From the NCBI GenBank assembly GCA_965215015.1, contig OZ244042.1, positions 928,001 through 992,000 on the forward strand: 64,000 nt of DNA. The letters run 5' to 3'. A program made the position numbers and the translations under genes. Shown piece after piece: positions 20,574 through 30,131 of the stretch (position 1 is the stretch's first letter; every line of letters begins with the position of its first letter). The notes beneath the pieces are model-generated. The model was not told where the DNA came from, did not search any database, and saw only the letters and a program-made list of their open reading frames with translations. Source of the DNA: Candidatus Poribacteria bacterium. GTDB taxonomy: Bacteria > Poribacteria > WGA-4E > PCPOR2b.

Positions 20574-22499
20574 TTATTCACCATAAAACGCCTGATTCAA
20601 CACCTTATTCTCCGCACTAACACCAAAATCCGCATCGTCTATCTCCGAAAGATTGACATACAACTGGTTCTTATCCAGCAGCTCCGCCAGCAGCTTTTTC
20701 TGCTTTTCCAACCCGTTTTCGCTCGTACCGATTTCGATGAAATTCGCTACCGCATCTTCCGGGGTTTCTGCGTTGACGTACCAGTTCAGGAATGAGCTTT
20801 CGGCGATGTCGCGCCAGAGTAGCACGAGGACTTGGGAAGATTTTGCGGCTTGGATTTTGTCCATAAAGGCTTGGTTGTATGGCATCAGTTCGCAATAGAT
20901 GAAGTCCCCCTTATTGTTTTGCTCAATGACCTTTTTGATGCGCTCCCTCGTCACAGCTTCAATGTAATGCATTTGCTCGCAAATAATAAATTTTCGGTTG
21001 CCCCCGTCTTTATTTAGTTCCGACACTGCATGGGCAGTTGTGCCACTCCCACCGAAAAAATCTAAGACAATAGCGTTTTTATCATTGGCCACCACCGAAT
21101 ACAAACAGTCATAGACATTCCAAAGTGACTTTGGAAAAGCGAAATCACAGTCGGGAACGAGTGACTTTACAATTTGCGTTCCGTAGATGTTGGCATCGTA
21201 TCTGCTATCTTCCCAAACGGTGCGATACACGCCAAAATCTTTTCCTATCTCAATTTCATAACCTGTTTTTGTCTTTTTGGCTCTGAGTAAATGCCTGACT
21301 GAATCTACACTTTGCCGTGCATATCTCCATTTGCGTTCAATCATATTCGGATCAATTGGATACACAAAATCTTGTTTCCCTTGTGGGGTCGTTTGAGCGA
21401 AAGGATGTTCATTGCTATCAAGGACCTCCCCAAACCCAACCACCTCGCCCTTCTCTACAATAATCGGATAAAAGCAATTTTTGGCATTTTCGCGCCTGGA
21501 TTCTCCGCCCCAATTTCTGAAGTTGGACCAAGTAACCTGTTCAGGGGGAATCTTTCTATCACCAATAACCTTTTTCCCTCGTGGAATAACAAAAAGCGCG
21601 TACTCGTGAGTATATGAGAAATTTGTCCCCTGAACGCCGCGGGGGTTGTGCACAATTGTAATACAGTGGATTTCATATTCACTAAATAGCTCTTTGAGCA
21701 GGACACCCAGATATGCCTGTTCATTTTCGTCAATGGCTATGATGAGGGCACCGTCTTTAGTCAGTAATTCTTTCGCCACTTCTAACCGATTCTTGATAAA
21801 AGTCAACCAAGATGAATGATTGAAATTATTATTGTAGGCAAAAGTATTCGACGGACTATCAGGGTTATACGGAGGGTCAATGTAAATCAGTTTGACCTTT
21901 CCGCGAAACTGAGTTTTCAACGTGTGCAACGCCAGTAGGTTGTTCCCCTTGATGAGCAGGTTTTCCCGAATTACGCCGTTGTCAGCCCGCTTGATCTCCT
22001 TCACCTTCTGCTCACCGTCAACCGTGTAGCGTTTCCAACGGGTCAACACTTTTGGATTAAAAAGACAATCAATCTCATCCTGCGCTAGGATTTCATTGAA
22101 AAATATCTCTTTGCGCTTCTCCTCCTCCTGCGTCTGTCCGCCCTCCAGCACACAATCTTTATAGGGCCAAACCAGAGACACCTCGCCCCGCTCTGGCAGA
22201 AATTTATTTTCGATGTTCAGACCGATTTTGTTACGGAAGCGGGTGTAAGAATCGGCAAGGAAATTTTTGTCGGAGATGTATTCGATGAAGGTGTTGGTAT
22301 TGAAAATCCAGTGTCCTTCGATCTCATCAAAAAATTTTGCCTTTATATTGGGGTCCCCGATTAGCAATCTCACGAGGTCATGGTCAATCTTCCACGCCCG
22401 ATCTATCACCGCCGCTTTGACCAGTTCGCCCTCGTGGTCAACAAAACGGGGGTCGGTTTTGAGGAGATTGATTAGTTTTTCGTGAAAGTGTTTTGGCAT
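20574..22499 (-). CDS. mod: Type III R-M methyltransferase subunit, copy 1
   Basis: YIDPPYN, FAFPKSL, DFFGGSGTT. Start MPKHFHEK at 22499 by alignment with copy 2. Termini are near-identical to copy 2 and the TRD differs. Confidence 0.92.
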   Translation of the reverse strand: MPKHFHEKLINLLKTDPRFVDHEGELVKAAVIDRAWKIDHDLVRLLIGDPNIKAKFFDEIEGHWIFNTNTFIEYISDKNFLADSYTRFRNKIGLNIENKFLPERGEVSLVWPYKDCVLEGGQTQEEEKRKEIFFNEILAQDEIDCLFNPKVLTRWKRYTVDGEQKVKEIKRADNGVIRENLLIKGNNLLALHTLKTQFRGKVKLIYIDPPYNPDSPSNTFAYNNNFNHSSWLTFIKNRLEVAKELLTKDGALIIAIDENEQAYLGVLLKELFSEYEIHCITIVHNPRGVQGTNFSYTHEYALFVIPRGKKVIGDRKIPPEQVTWSNFRNWGGESRRENAKNCFYPIIVEKGEVVGFGEVLDSNEHPFAQTTPQGKQDFVYPIDPNMIERKWRYARQSVDSVRHLLRAKKTKTGYEIEIGKDFGVYRTVWEDSRYDANIYGTQIVKSLVPDCDFAFPKSLWNVYDCLYSVVANDKNAIVLDFFGGSGTTAHAVSELNKDGGNRKFIICEQMHYIEAVTRERIKKVIEQNNKGDFIYCELMPYNQAFMDKIQAAKSSQVLVLLWRDIAESSFLNWYVNAETPEDAVANFIEIGTSENGLEKQKKLLAELLDKNQLYVNLSEIDDADFGVSAENKVLNQAFYGE

Positions 22500-22662
22500 G
22501 TCTGGGGGCCTTGCGGTAATGTTAAGGTCTGCATTGAACTCCATAGGGCATCAACGCGGCTATTTAGTCCTCTTACTTCAGGCTTTCGTATAATGTCAAC
22601 ACGCCCTAGATAGCTGAAGGGTGCTCATAATTATTGTCTGAATCCGGAGACTCAGGATTGGG

Positions 22663-22778
22663 TCATGTTAAAAAATCGTGCAAGAGTCATCATGGGTCCC
22701 CCCAATAAACATTGCGCGACCTTTTCTGGTGTTGGCGTTGAGCGTTCAACGGCGTCACTCCTATTTCTTTTAACATGA
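22663..22778. mobile_element. MITE-like element, family B, with a nested family A fragment
   Basis: Inverted ends TCATGTTAAAAAATCGTGCAA ... TTTTAACATGA; the interior matches family A sequence at 30045-30098 and 39130-39190. Confidence 0.6.
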
Positions 22779-23031
22779 ACTAACCTACTTGGCCCCCCTC
22801 AGATAGCTCGTAGGTCGATTCTATACTCGACATCTAAAACTACACATGTCGCCCCTCTGGGGCTTTTTGTCGATTCATTAGTGAGTGTTGGGTTTCACTC
22901 TTGCTATCCCTAAAACCGTGTTTTTGAAAGGTAGAAACTTTACTGCCTTTGACAGCGAGATACTTTCAACCATTCAACCCAACCTAAATCGGCACAACAG
23001 TTACGGCATACGGAGTATGCCTACTACTTTT

Positions 23032-25602
23032 TCATAGTACAGACTCGAGGCTTTGGCTGAACTGTCTTTCATCTTTGTTACTATAGAATGGCACACCTAT
23101 CAGCCTGTATGTTTGTATTCTGCTTTGTGTCTTAAATTCCAGAACTTCCTCGGAGAATTTTTCTTTAATCTTTTCTAAGAAGTCTGCTTTCCATTTTTCG
23201 TGCGCTTGCAGATGCTTTCCCTTGGGTTCAATAAATATCTGGCGGACCAGGGTGTTTCCGTTTTTCTCACGCAGAAACAGGACAAAATCGGGCTCAAACG
23301 CCTGTCCGTCGTCAAAGTTGTAAATTTTGAAATGCCTTTCGTTACGGATTAGATATATCCCGTCGTATTTCTCCTTTAGCTCGTCTATCTGGGCATCAAG
23401 CATTCGGACAAAATCCTTTTCCTCACTGGTGCCGTAGTTGGCATTAAATACGTACCACTCTCTATCGGAGACCAACTGCTCGTCACCGTCTGCCCTTTTG
23501 CTGTCTTTATCCAATTTAAGGATTTTATCGGTGAAGATTGAATTGACATTGGTTGGCTCAAACGTTTCTGTGCCCCTGTATCCCGTTATATTTTGACGCA
23601 ATTCAGATGCAATTTGGTCAAGAAGGCCCGTCATCGCAGCGAGGTAAGTTTCATTCGATAAAAGGTATCTATCATCGCCTTGAAAGGTGATTGAAAATCC
23701 GCCGAGATACTCATCCGCTTCAATGAATTGGCGGACAGATTTAACGTGAGGAAAATAGGTTTTCAAGGATTTGAAAGCGAAAAAAGGATTTCGTGCAATA
23801 GCAGTTCTGACGACATGAAGCGGTATATCCCTCATCGGAATATTCCTCTGGCCCGCCTCCACAATCTGTTGAACAGTACCACTGTCAGCCAGAACCGCCT
23901 CAGAAACTCCCTTGCCGGTGGCGAGTGAGTAGTGGTAACTCTTTGACGACACGCCGATATCGGCAAATGAACGGACATATTCATTTCTGTTCTTAACCCG
24001 TTCATTGATGTAGACGATTCCCCGTTTGTAAAAATCGGTTTCCTTAAACGCCCTTTTCAGTTTAAGCGTTTTTTCGACCGTCCGCTCGTCAAGCATCCCT
24101 TCGTCAATTAAGGCGGTACGAATCTCAGAGATATAGCGGGAATCGTTGATACTGTGATAGTGCAGCTCCTCCAAGACTCGTAGTTCCGCTGTCAGGTTTT
24201 TATCGAATTTTCGGCGGTATTGGTCAGGATTTTCGGCGGTAATAAAGGGGAAATAACGCGCGCCACGTCCGATTAACTGTGCTTCTGCAACGGTCGTTTT
24301 GCCCGGTTTCCCTGCCTTTGCGTCGCGGGTAGTGTAGCATCGAACAATATCGAATAGATTCAGGACATCCCAACCTTCGTTGAGCTTCTGGACAGCAAAG
24401 ATAGCGCGGATGCGGTTGTCAGAATCTTCAAGGGTGTTAAGCAATATCTGCTGATTTTCTTTTTCTACCTCCTCATTGACAGAAATACAACGGTTCTCCT
24501 CAAATTCCCTTCGTAGTCGTTCTGCCAATTGGTTGGGAGTGATGTGGTTTTCGTCAAAAAAAGTGAATACCCTTTTTACCAAGGGCAGATTTGACTTATC
24601 CCGAATCCGCCCAATATCCTCTGCCGAAAGGTTCTCAACGATATTGTGAAAACATTCCTTGTTTTCTTTGGATTGGGCAATTGTCCGTTGCGCTTTGAAC
24701 AGGACGACCGGTTTCAAGTTGATACGGTGTTTGGCAGCGACTTCCTGTTTATATTGGTTGAGAATCAGTGCCAGTATGATTCGGTCCTTTTCTTCAAAAT
24801 CCGCTTGAACGATATAGACATCTTTGGAATAGCCATGATTGCGGAATTGCTGCAGGTCATACTTATATAATACCTTGTTGCGGTATTTATCGACAAGGCT
24901 GCCGTGGGTGTAATCGAGGGTGGCGGTAAATTCAAGCAGCAGATTGTCTTCATTTTGGCCAAAAATGCGCTCCACCGTATTTTCCCAGCTTACTAGTAAC
25001 TCCCGTCCGGCTTTTGTACTGGTATTGATATGGTGTGCCTCATCAGATAGCAGTACAATCTTTTTGTCTCTAAAATCTTCGTACGTTAAGGTATTCTCTT
25101 TCTGCGTCGTCAGATCGGAATGTAGCTTTTGGATGGTGGTGAAACAGATATTGATGTCATTGTCGTTGACGCCTTCAAAATTGGGAACCGGCGTTACAGC
25201 AATGCGAATCGATCCGAAGCGGATAGTCTCGTTGAAAAGGTATTTGGAAGACAGGGGATTGAGGAAATTGTCCTTTGTCTTTTCGATGATATTGTTGGAG
25301 TTCACGAAGAAAAGGAAATTTCGATAGCCTTTTTTGTAAAGGTAGAGAATCAAGCCTGCCATGATGAGCGTTTTGCCGCTGCCGGTTGCCATATTGAATA
25401 GCAGATGCAGACGCGCTTCCCTGCCCGGAAAGTCATTGTTAAAACAGAGGAAAAAGCGCGCGAAGGCTTCTTCCTGATATGGTCGGAGTCCAAACTTGGG
25501 ATTCAGGTTATCTTTGAGATAATCGGGAATTTCGGTATTTTGGATGGTGCGCCATCCAAATTCCTCTAATATCGTATCGTACAAAAACCGTTCAACTATC
25601 AT
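23032..25602 (-). CDS. res: Type III R-M restriction subunit (SF2 helicase plus PD-(D/E)xK nuclease)
   Basis: MATGSGKT, DEAHH, LEFTAT, LNEGWDV, QLIGRGAR and C-terminal EPDFVLF...IEPKG. Confidence 0.93.
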   Translation of the reverse strand: MIVERFLYDTILEEFGWRTIQNTEIPDYLKDNLNPKFGLRPYQEEAFARFFLCFNNDFPGREARLHLLFNMATGSGKTLIMAGLILYLYKKGYRNFLFFVNSNNIIEKTKDNFLNPLSSKYLFNETIRFGSIRIAVTPVPNFEGVNDNDINICFTTIQKLHSDLTTQKENTLTYEDFRDKKIVLLSDEAHHINTSTKAGRELLVSWENTVERIFGQNEDNLLLEFTATLDYTHGSLVDKYRNKVLYKYDLQQFRNHGYSKDVYIVQADFEEKDRIILALILNQYKQEVAAKHRINLKPVVLFKAQRTIAQSKENKECFHNIVENLSAEDIGRIRDKSNLPLVKRVFTFFDENHITPNQLAERLRREFEENRCISVNEEVEKENQQILLNTLEDSDNRIRAIFAVQKLNEGWDVLNLFDIVRCYTTRDAKAGKPGKTTVAEAQLIGRGARYFPFITAENPDQYRRKFDKNLTAELRVLEELHYHSINDSRYISEIRTALIDEGMLDERTVEKTLKLKRAFKETDFYKRGIVYINERVKNRNEYVRSFADIGVSSKSYHYSLATGKGVSEAVLADSGTVQQIVEAGQRNIPMRDIPLHVVRTAIARNPFFAFKSLKTYFPHVKSVRQFIEADEYLGGFSITFQGDDRYLLSNETYLAAMTGLLDQIASELRQNITGYRGTETFEPTNVNSIFTDKILKLDKDSKRADGDEQLVSDREWYVFNANYGTSEEKDFVRMLDAQIDELKEKYDGIYLIRNERHFKIYNFDDGQAFEPDFVLFLREKNGNTLVRQIFIEPKGKHLQAHEKWKADFLEKIKEKFSEEVLEFKTQSRIQTYRLIGVPFYSNKDERQFSQSLESVL

Positions 25603-25711
25603 ACATCTCCCCCGATTTCATCGGGATTTCGCCTCAGCTCAACCTGCCAATCCTGCTTAGCTCATAGGAGTTACACACTTCAGTTTGTAGTCGCCCGTTC
25701 ATTGCGCCTCT

Positions 25712-26461
25712 TTACAGATTATCAATAAATTCGCGGCTTTTCAAAGTGCGCTCGGTATGATAGGATATAAAATTTGAAAGAACAAATTTAAGCTCCCTGT
25801 GGTTGAGATCGGAGGCACGAAAGCGGTGTAGATAGGAAAAATCGAATTTTTGTAGCTGTTTCATCAGCTCACAACTCCCGCGTGAAATCGATCGCGTCGT
25901 TGCGTCTTGTCTCTCACAATTTGCACACAGCAATCCCCCAAGGCGTGGATTAAAATTCACCGTTGTACCATGGAACCCCTCCGCACAAGCGACGCATCGC
26001 GAGAGTTGGGGCGCGTAGCCAGCTAGTCCCAGAAATTGGAGTTCAAACGCACGCGCTAATAACGGAACATCTTCGGTCTGTGCCAGCGTCTCCAATGCAT
26101 ATTGCAGCAGATGAAAGACGCTTTGGTCCGCCACCTGCCCTGCCAACTCTGTGGCATCAATCAACTCCGCGAAATAACAACCGTAAGTGGTACGGTCAAA
26201 GTCCGCTTTGACTGCATCAAAGCTGTCAACCAATTCAAAGTCTTCAACCCTGTAGAGGTCTTTATTCGGGTATTCAAAGAACACAAGGTTGCCGTAGTTG
26301 AAAAGTTCGAGGCTGCCGCCGAAACGGCTCTTTGGTCTCCTACTACCGTGCGCCACCGCGCTGACCTTGCCGAACTCAACGGTGTAGAACCGGATAATCT
26401 TGTGCACTTCGCCGAGTGGATGTGAGCGAATGACAATTGCCTGCGTTTTTTGAGTTGGCAT
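25712..26461 (-). CDS. recO: DNA repair protein RecO
   Basis: N-terminal OB region (GKVSAVAHGSRRPKSRFGGSLELF) and a CxxC...CxxC zinc site; conserved gene context. Confidence 0.95.
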   Translation of the reverse strand: MPTQKTQAIVIRSHPLGEVHKIIRFYTVEFGKVSAVAHGSRRPKSRFGGSLELFNYGNLVFFEYPNKDLYRVEDFELVDSFDAVKADFDRTTYGCYFAELIDATELAGQVADQSVFHLLQYALETLAQTEDVPLLARAFELQFLGLAGYAPQLSRCVACAEGFHGTTVNFNPRLGGLLCANCERQDATTRSISRGSCELMKQLQKFDFSYLHRFRASDLNHRELKFVLSNFISYHTERTLKSREFIDNL

Positions 26462-26544
26462 TTCCCCTCCATAATAAAATGGGACAATGGCGCGATGAAT
26501 TTATTGTTGCCTTATTTCATCGTTCCATTGTCCCATAAAAATAA

Positions 26545-26618
26545 TTAGGGCAAAAGAATTTGAACCGCCGACCTTTCCGATTCATCGGAACGCACTAATC
26601 GGACTGCGTTACGCCTTT
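26545..26618 (-). pseudogene. Degenerate duplicate of tRNA-Pro with the anticodon arm replaced by a palindrome
   Basis: Aligns end to end with the adjacent tRNA (46/58 identical outside the anticodon arm). The 17-nt anticodon arm is replaced by TTCCGATTCATCGGAA. Confidence 0.8.
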
Positions 26619-26650
26619 CCCCAATGTCCGTTGATCCATCTGAGTAAATA

Positions 26651-26725
<75 letters not shown>

Positions 26726-26746
26726 ACTATAGCAAAGCGACGTGTG

Positions 26747-26775
26747 ATTTTATCATACACCGCAGAATCTGTCAA
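26747..26775 (-). promoter_or_regulatory. Sigma70-type promoter for tRNA-Pro (and possibly recO)
   Basis: TTGACA-17 nt-TAAAAT with a TGn extended -10 on the minus strand. Confidence 0.75.
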
Positions 26776-26874
26776 GCCCGCTTTTTCTATTTTTGGGACT
26801 ATTTAGTTTGCGGTTTTCTTCCTGTCTAAGGCGGGATTGGGAAATCCCGCCTACAGGAGCACTAAATCCCCCTT

Positions 26875-28149
26875 CTATTTTTTCGACGTATCTTCCAGGC
26901 GTTGAATTTGGATACGATGGATACGGCGTTCATCCGCCTCTAATATTGTGAACGCCAACCCTTGGTACGAGAATTGGTTGTCCTGCTCAGGCACTCTTCC
27001 CAGATGGTCGAAAATGAATCCACCGATTGTGTCTGCATTCTCCGATTCGATCTGTGTCTCTAGCTGTTCATTGAGATCAATAAGACTCATCCGTGCATCA
27101 ACCGAATAGATATTTTTAGTGAGGGCAATGAATTCCTCTTGCTCGTCAAAATCGTACTCATCTTGGATTTCCCCAACAATCTCCTCAATAATATCTTCGA
27201 GTGTCACGATTCCTGCTGTGCCCCCGTACTCATCGACAACGATTGCCATGTGCTGCTTATTTGCCCGCAGTTCTTGGAAGAGGTCGGAGATTTTTTTACT
27301 CTCTGGCGTGAAGAAAGGCGGTCGCTCTGTGGCAATTGATTTCAGATCGAGGGGCTGATCTTTTGCCCAACCGTCTAACATATCTTTGACATGAAGAAGA
27401 CCGATAATGCGGTCAATTTGCTCTTCGTACACAGGAATACGCGAATGCCGAGACTCGATTGCAATTTGAAGCACGACCTCTTTCGGGGAAGAGACGTCAA
27501 GGCACGTCATATCTGTTCGGGGAACCATAATCTCGCGGGCAACCTTATCGGGAAGGTCAAGGATGCGCGAAATCATTTCTCGTTCCTCCTCCTCCAAGAT
27601 TTCTTGGCTGTTCCCGACATTTTCCAATGCTTCAAGGTCTTCCGGCGAGACACTGCTATCCTGTTCGGTTCGGGCTTGTCCACCCAGAATCCGAATGCCA
27701 AGATGGCTCAGCCAGGTTAACGGCTTAATGAGAGGATATAGGGTCCAATAGACAACGTGCACAAAACGGAGAGCAGAGATTGTTGAGTTTTCAGAGCTGC
27801 CCTGTACATAATTTTTCGGGATGAGCTCTGTTACAACAATAATAAGGAGGATCGCAAGGAGGGCACCAATTATTCGATCTCTCAGAGAATCAAAATCGAA
27901 CAGGGAGAGCAGCAAGACGACAATACTAACAATTAATACGCTCTTGGCGACGATAATCGTTGCAGAAGATCTCTGTGGGGAGCGCAGTAGAGAGGTTAAA
28001 AGCTCATGCTGCGGGCCCCCAGTTTCCGCGATATTCAGTATTTCGTTCCGGCTAAGCCTGTTGATAAGTACCTCCACGACGGAGAACAACCCCGCGAAGA
28101 TTGACAAAACAACCAAGCTAACCAGCTTAATTATGTCTATATCGTCCAA
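26875..28149 (-). CDS. HlyC/CorC (CNNM) family protein with DUF21, CBS pair and CorC domain
   Basis: N-terminal TM segments, ELIPK, IMVPR, HSRIPVY, VVDEYGGTAGIVTLEDIIEEIVGEI. Confidence 0.93.
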   Translation of the reverse strand: MDDIDIIKLVSLVVLSIFAGLFSVVEVLINRLSRNEILNIAETGGPQHELLTSLLRSPQRSSATIIVAKSVLIVSIVVLLLSLFDFDSLRDRIIGALLAILLIIVVTELIPKNYVQGSSENSTISALRFVHVVYWTLYPLIKPLTWLSHLGIRILGGQARTEQDSSVSPEDLEALENVGNSQEILEEEEREMISRILDLPDKVAREIMVPRTDMTCLDVSSPKEVVLQIAIESRHSRIPVYEEQIDRIIGLLHVKDMLDGWAKDQPLDLKSIATERPPFFTPESKKISDLFQELRANKQHMAIVVDEYGGTAGIVTLEDIIEEIVGEIQDEYDFDEQEEFIALTKNIYSVDARMSLIDLNEQLETQIESENADTIGGFIFDHLGRVPEQDNQFSYQGLAFTILEADERRIHRIQIQRLEDTSKK

Positions 28150-28244
28150 ACGTGGGATTACACCCCCAAGGTAGAACTAGTCAACCAGAGTCTGCGAAAA
28201 TCTATAACCTAAGTTACGTTATAGTTCATCATAAAAATAAAAAA

Positions 28245-28676
28245 TTAGGTGCTAATCAAACGAAGCAGTGTCTCTTGTTTTTCAAACATGATTTCCGCTT
28301 CCTCTGGGGTTTGATGATCATAACCGAGAAGATGAAGCGTGCCGTGTACACTCAATATGGCAAGCTCAATATCGAGTGAATGCCCATGGACGATCGATTG
28401 GCACTGGGCTGTTGGAACGGATATGACCAAATCACCAAGCAGTTGAGGATTCAAATTACCACCGATGCCTTCTCGCATCGCAAAGGCGAGTACATCAGTG
28501 GGTCTATCAATGTGGCGATATTGTTGGTTAAGCCCCTGAATCTCGGCATCATCCGTCAGAAGAATGCTCACTTCACAATCAACAGAATCGTGAACCTTTA
28601 GCGTGATCAACGCCGCATTATAAATAACCGCTTCATCAAAGTCAATATTTTGACATTTGTTGCTAATGAGTACCAT
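28245..28676 (-). CDS. ybeY: rRNA maturation endoribonuclease YbeY
   Basis: LNxx[16 protein letters not shown] and [11 protein letters not shown] metal motif. Confidence 0.95.
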   Translation of the reverse strand: MVLISNKCQNIDFDEAVIYNAALITLKVHDSVDCEVSILLTDDAEIQGLNQQYRHIDRPTDVLAFAMREGIGGNLNPQLLGDLVISVPTAQCQSIVHGHSLDIELAILSVHGTLHLLGYDHQTPEEAEIMFEKQETLLRLIST

Positions 28677-28724
28677 CGGCAGTCGCCGTTACACCAGGCG
28701 ATTGATTCTGTTTGCACATCAAAG

Positions 28725-29813
28725 TTAGATGCTGTTGGGTTTTCTCAAGCTTTGGGCGTCGCGCTCCTCGTAGGCTTCTATGATCTGCTGCACAAGTTCG
28801 TGCCGTACAACATCTTCTTTTGAAAAATGGATGAATGCGATACCGTCAACATCTGATAGTACCAATTGTGCATCAACAAGCCCTGACTTTGTACCGGTCG
28901 GCAGGTCAGTTTGCGTTATGTCTCCGGTGATAACGGCTCTGGAATCAAACCCGAGGCGTGTGAGAAACATCTTCATCTGTTCAATGGTTGCGTTTTGTGC
29001 TTCATCAAGAACGACAAACGAGTTATTGAGCGTCCGGCCACGCATGAAGGCAATCGGTGCCACCTCAATCACATTCCGTTCAACATAACGCTCAAGAGCT
29101 TCGGGAGGCATCATATCGTAAAGCGCATCGTATAAAGGACGCAGATAGGGGTTAATTTTCGCTTCAATATCGCCGGGTAAAAAACCGAGCCTTTCGCCCG
29201 CTTCCACCGCGGGGCGGGTTAGAATGATTCGACTGACTTCTCCATTTTTCAAGGCAGAAACCGCCATTGCCATAGCGAGATAAGTTTTTCCGGTTCCGGC
29301 AGGACCTATACCAAATACAAGGTCATACGCTTTAATTGCGGCTACATAGCGTTTCTGGGCGGGGGTCTTTGGCCTTACAACACCACGCTTGGAAAAGACA
29401 GGAATAGTTTCACTGACTGCTTTTTCCAGCTGAACAAGTGTCTCCCCTTTGGAAAGGCGAATCGCGTATTTGACATCATTCGCATTGATGGATTGTCCAC
29501 TCCGGATGCGATGGAGTAACGATTCAAAGGTTTTGGTTACACGATTAACGTCGTCGAAGTTTTTGCCCGTAATCTCCAAGCCTTCGCTCTTTAATAGCAC
29601 CTTGACGTTAAAACGGGCTTCGACAATGTTCAGAAAGACATCGGATTGCCCAAAAAGCACTTGGGCTTCTGTGTTACTCTGTATCGGTATTTTTAAGGAT
29701 TCTTGGTTCTGCAATACGCTATTGTCCCTGTTTTTGGGTGGGTGTAGCCGCTGTTGTCTCTGTCGGAAATTAACTTTACCTGTAATTTTACCAGAATTTT
29801 GCCAGCTTTCCAA
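28725..29813 (-). CDS. phoH: PhoH family ATPase (YbeZ-like)
   Basis: GPAGTGKT, RPAVEAGERLGFLPG, FMRGRTL, DEAQN. The true start may be the TTG at 29714. Confidence 0.95.
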   Translation of the reverse strand: MESWQNSGKITGKVNFRQRQQRLHPPKNRDNSVLQNQESLKIPIQSNTEAQVLFGQSDVFLNIVEARFNVKVLLKSEGLEITGKNFDDVNRVTKTFESLLHRIRSGQSINANDVKYAIRLSKGETLVQLEKAVSETIPVFSKRGVVRPKTPAQKRYVAAIKAYDLVFGIGPAGTGKTYLAMAMAVSALKNGEVSRIILTRPAVEAGERLGFLPGDIEAKINPYLRPLYDALYDMMPPEALERYVERNVIEVAPIAFMRGRTLNNSFVVLDEAQNATIEQMKMFLTRLGFDSRAVITGDITQTDLPTGTKSGLVDAQLVLSDVDGIAFIHFSKEDVVRHELVQQIIEAYEERDAQSLRKPNSI

Positions 29814-29878
29814 GTAAATTTTTTGTTTTCCTCACCCAAGTTGCTATACAGATCGAAAATTTTGGTCGTTAATGTCCA

Positions 29879-30098
29879 TAGGAATTACGCACTTGAGCTT
29901 GTAGGCGCGCTATTCAACCCGCGGCACGATAGAGGATAAATCACTAACTGTAACCGCCCGATGAATCGCCGAGGATACCATGACTCTAGCACAAGAGAAT
30001 ACCAGACACTATGGGGCTACAATCCTGGTTCAATCCGCCCGGAACATTGCGCGACTTTTTCTGGTGTTGGCTTCGAGGGATCAACTACGTAAGTCCTA
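29879..30098. mobile_element. MITE-like element, family A (reverse orientation)
   Basis: Terminal inverted repeats TAGGAATTACGCA ... TACGTAAGTCCTA; interior shared with the 39130-39321 copy. Confidence 0.75.
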
Positions 30099-30131
30099 GT
30101 CCATATACCCCCCCTAAGTTGGAAAATCAAC

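Noticed and set aside
18144-22499. Phase variation of mod by simple sequence repeats or inversion
   Set aside because: No repeat tract was seen, both genes are in direct orientation, and no invertase is nearby.
26545-26618. tRNA copy as the att site of an integrated island containing the Type III locus
   Set aside because: The copy is full-length and only 32 nt from the tRNA, core recO lies between it and res, and no integrase is present.
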